Origin: Owenia fusiformis
Taxonomy: Eukaryota
Length of the DNA: 64,000 nt
NCBI GenBank assembly: GCA_903813345.2
Contig: CAIIXF020000001.1
Location: 14,136,001-14,200,000 of the forward strand
Direction: 5' to 3'
Positions 14,014-24,505 of this stretch are shown here, piece by piece. The notes below the pieces were generated by a model. It was not told the origin of the DNA. It made no database searches and worked only from the letters and a program-made list of their open reading frames with translations. Each line of letters begins with the position of its first letter. Position 1 is the stretch's first letter. The translations under genes and the position numbers were made by a program.

Positions 14014-16270
14014 ATGCCATCCTACTGTTGTGTCCCGGGTTGTAACAGCCATATAGGGGGGCACACCTTCCCTAAGTATAAGGGCGACAACGAGAGAAGG
14101 TTGGTGTGGATAACAAGGTGTCGGAGAAGCCATCCAAGTGGCAAAATTTGGAGGCCAACTGCAAACGATGTCGTCTGCTACCGGCATTTTTCTGAAGAAG
14201 ATTACCTTGAAGTTCAGGTCAGTAGACAATCTATTTAGAACTAATGGTCAGTAGACATTTATCAAAATAATCACTTGATCTGAACTGTGCTTCCGTAGAA
14301 AGTTGATTGACAGGCTCGTAGGTTAACCTATCCCACCTAAATTACGTCGTCCCCGATAACAAAAATGTAACTTAATGTTTACTAAAACCAAACTGGATCA
14401 CAATTATTAACACAAAAAGACAGAAATACACAAAAAACAACTCGGAAAGGAATCCCCGTCCCGGGATCCTCATCTGTCAATCATATTTGCACTCGGTGAC
14501 CCTTACCGAGACGTCACAACTTTTGGAATGCAACAAGGCCAAAATATGTGATTATGCGTTTAACATTTTTAATTATCACGATACTGGGTAACAATATTCT
14601 TTTGATAGATTTCTATCATATGCTGACTCTTATTATGCGATACTCTTTGCAGCAGTCCAAAAATATCAAAGTTTTGAGATTAAAAAAATTATTTTTTTGG
14701 GCAAAAAAATGCATGAAGACGTGAAACATATGAATATTTTTAGATTGGTTTAGCCTGTGTTTGCACATTGAAGTTGAAATGAATGCCATTTGTTTTGAAC
14801 TCTACATGAATTATTCCTGTTTCATTATGATCGATATCTTGTGTATTTATTTTATCTTGTGTATTTACTTAATGTACATGAATGCAACCAAAGTCGCAGG
14901 TGATTGACAAACACGTAGATGTACAATTTTATACTTGTAACATTACCACTGTTATTGAACAAAATATGTATGTTTTACAGGTTCAAGAAGACAACTGCGA
15001 AGATCAGCTGTCCCTTCACTTTTCATGCCAGTTCGTTCCACCAGTGGACTCACCCCATCAGGTATTAGACGGGCGGCACGTTCTAACAGAGGAGCAAAGG
15101 AGACCGAACCCTTAGAGGCAGAGCCCTTAGACTTAGAGTCTGAGACTGATCCATTAGAAACTAGTGAAACTACTTCAACAGATCTTATAGAAGAGGATTT
15201 AGTTTCTATTGACATTGGCATTGATGTGCAAGAAGTGGAAGTACAACTTGAAATAGAACAAACACCTAATACGTTGATTGAAGAATCACCAACCCAGTCT
15301 CAGGAACCTACATTAAAACAAGATGAGGAAGTCCAATGCAACCTCATTGGTAACAGTGATCCCTCTTATAGGCCCCCACTCACCATTGAAATGCTGAAGA
15401 AGAATCCAAAACGTATACATTACCTCACATCATTTAACAGTTATTCTCATTTTAAACTTTTCTTCGATTGCCTTGGACCTGCTGTTTATGAACTTGAACA
15501 AAAAACCAAAGTAATGTGTGAGATGGATCAGTTACTTCTGACACTTATGAAGCTACGGCTTTGTATTGATGATGAACTTCTAGCAATGGAATTTAATGTT
15601 AGTGCCACAACAGTCCATAAGATAACCAACCAATGGATATCATTTATGTGGTTTCAATTAAACGAAATAAAGTGGTGGCCGAGTGCGGAAGTGATCGCCC
15701 AACATATTCCCAAAAGTTTTGGTGAACAATTCCCTAATACTAGGGCCATACTGGATGCTACGGAAACTCCAATCGCTAAGCCATCAAATGTAATTGAACA
15801 ACGTGCAACTTTCAGTACTTACAAAAACAAGAACACTCTCAAAACTATGATTGGTTGCACTCCAAGGGGGATTGTTTCTTATATCAGCGATGCCTATGGT
15901 GGGTCTACAAGTGATAGACAAATAATTGAACGGTCGAAACTTTTGTCTGATCAATCAATGCTAGAGAAAGGGGACACATTGATGGCAGAGGGGGATTATG
16001 GTGCAGGACCTTTTTGCATCTAAAGGCGTTCAGGTGAACACTCCAACTATGTTGAGAGGTAAGACCCAACTTGATCCATCTGAGGTGTTACATGACCGTA
16101 GAGTCTCATCCAAGCGTATCCATGTGGAAAGAGTAATTGGGCTTGGAAAACATATGAAAATTTTGAAACATGAACTTCACCCTGGAAAGAGAGATATGGG
16201 ATCCAGAATTGTCAATGTATGCTTCCTAATTAGCAACTTCAGAGACTCCATAGTAAACAAATTGGCATGA
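14014..16270 (+). pseudogene. THAP + HTH_Tnp_4 + DDE_Tnp_4 transposase of the ISL2EU element, frameshifted
   Basis: Exon 1 (14014-~14221) is a THAP C2CH domain (MPSYCCVPGC..HTFP..W..VCYRHF). Exon 2 from 14981 supplies AVPS, then DQLLLTLMKLRL (HTH), AILDATE, FSTYKNKNTLK and YGGSTSD. Frameshift at ~15989; the other frame continues VQDLF...RIHVERVIG to the stop at 16270. Confidence 0.9.
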
Positions 16271-16390
16271 AATCTTTGATATATTATCACGATTCATTGG
16301 GCAATAATAACATTATTTAAGTAAGATTTTTATGTATTGGAACTTAGAACATTAGCTTAAAAGAAGAATTAATAGAAATTCGACTGTCTA

Positions 16391-16600
16391 CAGGGTGTCA
16401 AATAAATATGTTTCCCCCTCAACTTTAACATCCACATAATGATTCATAACTTTTTTATCTTCATAATATCTGAATTTTTGTTTTGCACATTAAAACAAGC
16501 CTTCATCTTCATGGTGCAATCCTACATGAAGTTTCAAATGACTGATTCAATCAAATGCACTTTTATGCACAAAAGTTCAAACTCTTGAGATTTAAGGACA
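16391..16600 (+). repeat. Mariner-like MITE/fragment (TA|CAGGGTGTCAAATAAATATG), second copy at ~53624-53845
   Basis: About 200 bp of colinear similarity between the two loci, both starting TACAGGGTG. Confidence 0.65.
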
Positions 16601-16701
16601 AGAATGAAAATAATATGTAATATGTAGTTTCATTCAAAAATGTATTCTTAATGATCATTCTTAGATGTAACTAGTAATAGTATATATATATTAGTGATAT
16701 A

Positions 16702-16882
16702 CAGTGAAACCTGTGTATGGTGAACACTTACATATGGAGCCACAAAAATGTTTTCTCTGTAAGTAGTTCTTCATGACATAAAAGAAGGAATTTTATACAA
16801 CACAACAAGAGTTGTTAGTTGAGTATGTACTAAAAAAATTGTACTTGACAAAGTCAGGTGTTCACTTAGACATGTTTTACTG
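16702..16882. mobile_element. Tc1/pogo-type MITE inside the ISL2EU spacer
   Basis: TA|CAGTGAAACCTG...CATGTTTTACTG|TA. Confidence 0.65.
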
Positions 16883-17469
16883 TACTAGTACTAGAATGGT
16901 ATACAATAGTAGGCTTCCGTGCAATTTCTGGAAGATATGTTCATAAATTAATTTACTGTAAGTGTAATGGAATGTTACAACTTTCTCATTTCTCAATTAA
17001 GCCTAGTTTAAAAATGTATTAATACATACTGCAGATAGTCACATGTATTATAGAAATGTATAGGCCTATAAATCAATTGATTTTTGAATATTGATTTTGT
17101 ACAATATGTGCTTTTTGTAAATATTACACAATTACTTCATACTGTCATATTATACTTCTACTTAATCTGGCGGATCCGCCAAATTGTGAAAGTCTGCCTA
17201 ATAAAGTAGCTGCAAAATTATCTGGTAATTTACGAATTAGCACCACTACCATTGGAATTGTACATTGTAATATTGCAAGTTTGCCTTTAATAAGTAGCCA
17301 CTAAATGTACAAAACAGCAAATCTGCCAAATTAATTAGAAGTACAGTCATCATATCAAATCCCATAAATGGAATTACATGTAGTACATGAATAACATAAT
17401 TAGCAATAGCACCCGAGGAAGGATGAGGAAAATTATGCCAATTCATCAGAGTATATGTTCAATGTTCAA

Positions 17470-20400
17470 CTACATACAATGTTCTGCAATATATGGGCGC
17501 AAGTACTTTTCATAGCATAGCTCAAGTTTTGGAATAAGAGCTAGCTCACAATACTCTTGATCATATTCAATTGCCTGATGGAAGAAATCATTGAACACAT
17601 ACACAATGAAGTGGTATAATTTCCTGCCAGTGACATACATTTGACCTTGAACTTGGTCATAATACCCACTTGTTTTTTTCAAAGAGAGTTTCCCATCCTT
17701 CCTTTCGAGCCAAGGGAAATTAATATCATCAGTAATAAAGCTATCCTTGCCTTTAAAAGGACACTTTACTTCACAGATAGCATTTTCCCCTACAAATCCA
17801 TCAGGGGATGCAGCCAGAAAAGGTTTCTCCAAGTGAATTACTAATCCACTGGGTTCAACCCTTTTCCCTGTTATCTCCTCAAACTTAATCTTAGCAAAGC
17901 CTTCAAAAGCAACACCATGGGAAGTTGCACTTGATTTAAATGCCTTTGGACTAACTATGGAAGCACATAACTTGTCTTTGTCCCTTTTATCTGTCATTTT
18001 GTTAATCTCTCCAAATCTGCTAGCTGTAAGGCGCCACCTCCGCTGCTCATGCCATTCAGTGGATTCATTTTGCTTCCTAGTTCTCTTTTCAATGGCAGCA
18101 ATGTCCTCGGCAGTCACCTGGAAACAAAAATAATAAAGGTGTTACAAAAATTGCATGTAAGATAATTTTGTTGGCCCTTTAGTATAAATCTATTATATAG
18201 ACTTATTGAGAGATTTTGACATATTTATTTCTGTCAAAATCTATCAATAAGTCTATATTGATAGATTTATACTAAATGACCCACACAAGTAATATTATCT
18301 AATGATAATATTGTTTTAATGGGTTTGAAATTACATAATATGTACATTCAAATTCAAATGAAAAATTGTATTATAGTATTCTTCAATATTGAAGGCTAAA
18401 TCAAGGATACTGTATTATAGACCTGATCTTAAACTATAAGTTATTAACTAGACAATGTTTTCAAATATAGTTAATGGCTAGAACCTTTAAAGGAACTTTG
18501 AGGAACTAGAAAAAACCCTAGATTTGACCTAGATTTTGACCTTTGACATTGGAGTAAAAAAATAGAATAAGAAAAAAAGCTAAGAAAGCTATAGGAGGCC
18601 TCTCCCAACATGTCCAATGGGGCTACTAAAAGTATGGAATTAGTTGCGTTGTTACCTTTATAGCTGAATCAACCCAGTGTTCTGTATATTTCCTGGATAG
18701 GTAATCATGGTCATTGGTAGCTTGCTTAATATCAGCTTTAGGGTAAATGTATCTCATAGAGAGGTCCTCACTAGTAGATGCGCAATAATTTATAATGGTG
18801 TTCCTGACAAAATCATTGTAGCCATCTCGATTTCTGAACTTCAAGGGACGTGGATCTTTTAACACATCCTTGCGCTTTCGAGCACCCATTGATTCAGCCT
18901 TCATAGGAGAACCTAGAATTAGAAACAAATCAAAATTATGTAATAATGCACATGGATCAAGGTAAATGTAATTAGTTCACTGCTAAATAGGTGATCAATA
19001 AAGTAACATGTGTGCTGTTGTGCTAAAAATGTATAAAGTATTAAGACTTTTATCAACTTCATAAATTTGGGTTATGGTATATACATACATGTAAATTATG
19101 CACCAGGAGGGAGATGATGTGGGGAACATCACAGGGATGTTATTAATATTTCATGAGGGAACACAGAGGGAGTATTGATATCATCTGAGGGACATTCCTC
19201 ATATCATCCTGGTCATCTCGAGAGGTGACCATAGCAACCTTAAACCATGGTCAAGACCAATACTGTATCTACCTAAAATCCCCTTTTGAATGAGAGAAAA
19301 AATGATTGAATCTTAGAAATATTAACATGACATATTATATGTGCTTCAAAAAATTGAAAAACTAAAATTATTTTTGTACCAGAAAACTTTTTGAAAAACA
19401 GAAATGTTGGGGCAAAACATTAAATGTTTGAAAATGAAGTTTTTGGAAAAAATTGAGAAATGAAAACTTTTGAAAAAATTGTTTTTAAATACAGTATTCA
19501 CAGGGTTGATATTACTCTGACCATGGTATAAATATATATAATATATACCCAAGTTTAAACAATGTGTTTTTGATATATGTAAATATGTAATAAAAAATAT
19601 TTAATTTCAATTAAGAGTCTCTTGTGCATTTGTTGTAAGAATGGTAAATTCTTTACCTGAATGACCCTTCTTGGGTTTGTGAAATGTCTGAAGCTTTTCA
19701 GTGCAGCTCAGGGTCACACTGGCCTTCCCAGTGGCCACGAAGTCCACCAGCATATAGAGTACTGCTGCCACATGCTTACAAGTTCCGTGGGGTCCTTTCC
19801 CAGCGGGGCATTCACAGTTGCTATTAAGGATCACACCTGTAGTTCTAGAAAGTCTGATTTGGAAGTTGTAGGATACCTAAAATGAAAATCAGTAATGTTC
19901 ACCATGGGCTTTCAGATAGAGTACCAAAAGTTATATTAAAAAATTATAAACTTTTGCCATCAGTGTTTAAATTCATTATACTAAAATAACGCTGGGCTAC
20001 GGGCTATACATGTATGTCTGGTGGAGTGAAGTTGCAAATGGAGGATGTTTGTTTATTTCCATATTTCTAAAGATACATGTATATGTGCACTAGGTTTACC
20101 AAGTTCTACTATACATTATACAGGTTCATCGAGCAGTTTGCATGGCATTACATGTACAATGTACATTGCATGTACATTTGTATATTATAACCAGAAAACC
20201 CCTATAAACAAATATAGACCTCCATTTGCAACCTCACTGTACATAGCCTCTACATGTATTCCTTTGAAAGAAATAGCCTACAAGCTACAGTATGGGGAGG
20301 AAGGGTAGTGTGAAAATATCAAGTTTATACTAAAGGCCTATACCTTCTTCTTCATTGCTGCATTGGTCAGCCCAGAAAAGAAAACAAATGCCTCATCCTC

Positions 20401-21163
20401 AACATTTACACTGCACGCAGATATGAAGCTGCTCTTAAGTAGGGCTCTGCCCTTTTTTAGCGACGCAGCATCACTGACATCCATATTGTCTGTTGAGAGC
20501 CGGGATATGAAGTACGCCTTGATGATATCATTGGTGATGTTTGGCAGCTGACTCTTGTGCTGTGACGAGAGCGATTTGAACCCAGATTCAGGCCATTTCT
20601 CAATGGGGATAGTATCTTCCATGATGACAGCTGGAGCCCTAAAGTTTTCATTCTGGTCATAATATTCCAATCTAAAAATATAATAAAAATATTTGAAGGT
20701 ACATTTGAGTAGAAACAAATAAAATGTGCAGTATGTGCAGTTTTTCCACGCCATTGACTGTGGGGTAGGTAAATCCCCGGTAACTCTCATGAGGAAAGAA
20801 ATGAGGCGTACAGGTAGGGCCATTTTTCATCATAACCATCCCCTGTGGAGTAGAATATGCTCTTGGAGCACATGTACTAGGTTTAGATATTAGTTTATGA
20901 AATATAGGAGTAAATAAGAACATACCTTTTTAGCGTTTACATAGTCTAGGAGTTAAAGACAAATTGGCCTAAATCTGTAAATTCTCCAAAAATATTCATG
21001 AAATAAGCCGTCTCGGCAAATAGGAGACATATTTAAGCATAATTTCATAATTTTTGAAATCATACCTTTGTATTAGTACTTCCTTTCGGCCTTGTGTGCG
21101 AGCACCGCGTTTTTGTAATTCTAATTTAAGCTTATTCAGCGAAAATTTGCCATAGTTGTTCAT
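17470..21163 (-). CDS. ISL2EU accessory protein: SAP domain + SWIM zinc finger + YqaJ (lambda-exonuclease-like PD-(D/E)XK) nuclease, 5 exons, ~516 aa
   Basis: Exons (-) 21163-21066, 20671-20344, 19876-19657, 18912-18656 and 18117-17470 total 1551 nt, in phase, with no internal stop seen. SAP-like LNKLKLELQKRGARTQGRKEVLIQRL; SWIM CECPAGKGPHGTCKH; YqaJ WHEQRRWRLTASRF, HG..FE, FLAASPDG, EVKCP, YYDQVQGQM. Confidence 0.9.
18169..18288. repeat. Palindromic (hairpin) mini-element in a YqaJ-gene intron
   Basis: TTTAGTATAAATCTAT..TATAGACTTATTGA.AGATTTTGACA pairs with TGTCAAAATCT.TCAATAAGTCTATA..ATAGATTTATACTAAA. Confidence 0.7.
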
Positions 21164-22232
21164 TTTCACAGTAATTGTTTAGCGTATCCAAGAGACCGTT
21201 CGTGGGCGATAATAGGGTAATACGCCATCTATCGGCAAAATATGACGTTTTAATCCATTCCATCCGTTGGCGGAGAGAACAATTGAATTACGTCATAAAT
21301 TTCTCACCTGAATGATCCGACAAAGATAAAGACGATTCCCAGGATAATGGGGTTTAGCCTTGCTAAATCAAATGTAGTTAGTTGAATTTGAATATAAGTC
21401 AATCGGTATGAATTACTTCCACTAAAGTTAGCGTCCCACAGTCTTTTAGAATCAAGGACGTCTATAGGCCTAGTACAAAGACCGTAAATAACGTGCTAAA
21501 TCAACCGCGGTCGATCGCAAAATAACTAACTATTAATTAAATTATCGCCTCATCTACCTGCTATTTTAAGTATTGATGTAAGTTAAAAGTAAACTTTTGT
21601 TTTTTTCATGTGCCGAGATTTAATTACGTATACGTTGTGTCAAATCATATCATTGAATCATATCGTCTTTTTTATCTTCATGTAGGCCTAAGATTGCCCA
21701 TTATTAGGGCCCTTCTTTATTTTGATTTTTCATGTATGCAAACAGAAGCTCCGCCGATCGCCGATCGCGCACTTTGGCAATTCACTCAAGTAAAGGTGAT
21801 CATCAAACGTTTGTAATCAACGGTTAATAATAAAAATCAGAAAGCCTTCTTTGTCGAATAAACTGTGCACGTCTGACTTGATTTAGTTAAAATACAATAC
21901 GATAAGGCTCGAGTACTATTGATGTACGTACAAGTTAATAAACGTCGCGCTCGGTACGTTGTTCTCGCTTGTTGATGTGTAATATAGTTTTGTCAACTCA
22001 CGTTTCATCAGCAAGAAGTCGGCACTCGCGTACATAAAAGAGTTAAGCATACATATTAATGATCGTCATTATTGAATGGCGACATAAATAGCGCGATCGG
22101 GATGTACCCAATGTCTGCGGCAACAAGTACACCCTGGGTATAGTCTGTCACGTGACTTCATGGATGACGTGTGCGCGAGTGATTCGCATTTCCTTTCGCT
22201 TGAGGTTTGTAATCACACTTTTTACATGTTTT

Positions 22233-22429
22233 AAGATTTTGTATCTCTGTGAAACTTGTCCCGTACCATCAATGTCTGAAGACGATCTAATTCACCAAAT
22301 ATCTCATCCAAGCGTGTCCCGGTTAAAGAGAAATTCGCACTTTTGTGTCTCGCAAAATGACGTGTGCGCGAGTAAATCGAATTTTACGAAGGATGGGTAC
22401 GGGACAAGTTTCACAGAGATACAAAATCT
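22233..22429. repeat. Internal ~38-bp inverted repeat in the Kolobok-like element
   Basis: AGATTTTGTATCTCTGTGAAACTTGTCCCGTACCATC (~22233-22270) vs GATGGGTACGGGACAAGTTTCACAGAGATACAAAATCT (22392-22429). Direct repeat TGACGTGTGCGCGAGT at ~22165 and ~22358. Confidence 0.75.
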
Positions 22430-24505
22430 GGCGACATATAACACGCCTGGGGACACGCCCCTTCGCACTCATTATTGCACACTTCCCGACATTGCGCATT
22501 GGTTGTGTTGCCATTGGGCCAGTTGCACTCGGTTTTAAAAATTCTCGGATGTTAAGATATCTCTTATCAAACATTTTACCATGACGAATTAACAATTCAT
22601 ATATAAAAAATGTAAAAAGGGCAAAGAAAATATAACTAGACGAAGCCCATGCTCAAGCGAAAGGACACAACTAGGACGAAAGTCGTGCCAATAAAAAGCA
22701 TAATCTAAAACGTTTTACATATAAGAGAATATACAATTTTACGAAGTAATAAAACGAACAAAAGTCATTTTTGAACTTATTAAACATAAATACAGAGTAA
22801 TACGTATTTACAAATATAAATAGTGCGACGAGAAACATTATATTATTTTGAGCAACATTAAATGTGACGTGTCGGTAACCATGTACACAATGATCAGGAA
22901 ACAACTAGTGTTTATATCACATCATATTTTTCATATGCTGTAAATGTAGAACATGCTTCATATGTGTGTTTTAGATTAATTAGTTTTACTATATTTTGAA
23001 AGAATTATAACAATATGACTTAGAAAAATTCAATCATTCATCGCCGTATACTTCATGATGCTGCGCGTAAAATTTGAGCGCCATTGTTTTCCCATGTCAT
23101 AGAAACCATGACGTTACTAGCGCTCAAATATTTCAAATGCAATACGCTAAATCTCCCAACGATAAATGCCCGAAGATGCAAATATTTCTTCGTACATGAA
23201 TGTTTAAATACATTCGTATTATTATTACATCATAATTATTCGTATTGATGGGTGTCTTTGAGTTTGAAAAACTACATTAATAATTAAGCAATAGTATCGT
23301 GCTGGGTATGCTGACGGACCGGGTCCCACCTTTTAATCCAGGAGGTTTGGATCCCAAGGACACAACTTGACATTTTCCAACAATGAATCCAATCTTGAAG
23401 GATGTCATGATTTTTGCTTCAAATCTTGAATCATGAATTTTAGTCTAATCACTTACAAAGAATTAGAAATACACAACATGTGATCAAGATTTTAGCTGGA
23501 ATCTTTTGGATTTCTGATGATGAATTATTACAAATTTAATGTCAGACAATAATGACATTCTGACATTTTCATCGTTGGAAAATATCGAAATTGCATTCTG
23601 GGATCAAATCCTCCCTGAGTTTCACAGTCTCTTCAGTTTGTGGTCCAATTTTTCAATCAAAATTCCTCAATGATTTTAGCTAATTTTGAGGAAATTCTAA
23701 AATTCTTAAACATTTCCTAGGCTGCTAAGATAACCCTTGTATAGCCTTAACCCACAAAAATGAACCATAGTTACATTCTTCATTAAACACAAAATTATGA
23801 ATACAATCAATAAAATTTATATTTATTTTGCCCATTCTCAATATTATATACAAAACGAAAACAATGGTAAATCGTTCCAATATAATAAAAAGCTTATATA
23901 ACAATACAATAACCCAATATATTTGATATAGAAGTTGGCATGTGGACTTATGAAACATCATGTCAAGTATCTCTAGATAGTGTAACTCCCCCAAAAATAA
24001 AATCATAGCCATCTGTAACTTACACTACATGTATAATGGTTCTTGAATTCTTAGAATGCATAAATTTCATTAGGCCTAATTTTTCAAAAATCTAGGTCTA
24101 TACAAATTTGGTCATACACTTTGAAACCTGGGATGTTCCCTCCTCTGATCTTACTTCTGACAAAACAATATTATTTAAATAAATAGATTTAATTCTATCA
24201 GCTATCTAGGGTTCAATCAGTCCTGAATTCCTAGGTTTCAGCATCCATGGCAGCAGTTTGCCTTTGCATGATTTTCGCAATTTCTCTCTGTTCAAACATG
24301 TGTGATATACTATACTAGTAAGATTAAGGACCTATTTATTGATGAGGAATAGTGCATTCACTTTAAATCAAGTTTAACTGCATATAATGCAATACGTTAT
24401 TCTTCCTCTTATAAACAGGTTCTGAAGCATAAATCCTTTAATTAAAGACTCATTGGGATTTGTGTGCATTAAATCCCATAATTATCAATTATTGAAGCCA
24501 TCTCT

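Larger units (their letters stand above)
13901..21256 (+). mobile_element. Full-length ISL2EU-type (PIF/Harbinger-related) DNA transposon, 7356 bp
   Basis: AT|GGATTAAAACG (13899-13911) ... CGTTTTAATCC|AT (21246-21258): perfect 11-bp TIR with AT TSD. Subterminal 29-bp IR ATTACCCTATTATCGCTCACGAACGGTCT (~13944-13972 / ~21194-21222). Encodes convergent THAP-DDE transposase and YqaJ genes, the known ISL2EU layout. Confidence 0.92.
13496..23331. mobile_element. Non-autonomous Kolobok-like DNA transposon (~2.5 kb of its own sequence) interrupted by an ISL2EU element
   Basis: 22-bp TIR with 1 mismatch: AGGTGGGACCTGGTCCGTCAGC (13496-) and GCTGACGGACCGGGTCCCACCT (-23331). Identical 4-bp flanks TTTA (13492-13495, 23332-23335). 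AG..CT termini with a TTAA-like target fit Kolobok. Confidence 0.75.

Noticed and set aside
17470-18117. YqaJ 'viral recombinase' as evidence of phage or bacterial horizontal transfer
   Set aside because: The gene has spliceosomal introns and lies within ISL2EU termini, where YqaJ is an expected component.
21257-23331. Coding capacity or long terminal direct repeats (KolobokP-type) in the outer element
   Set aside because: Only short motif-less ORFs are present, and I found no direct repeat of the 13496-13900 segment.
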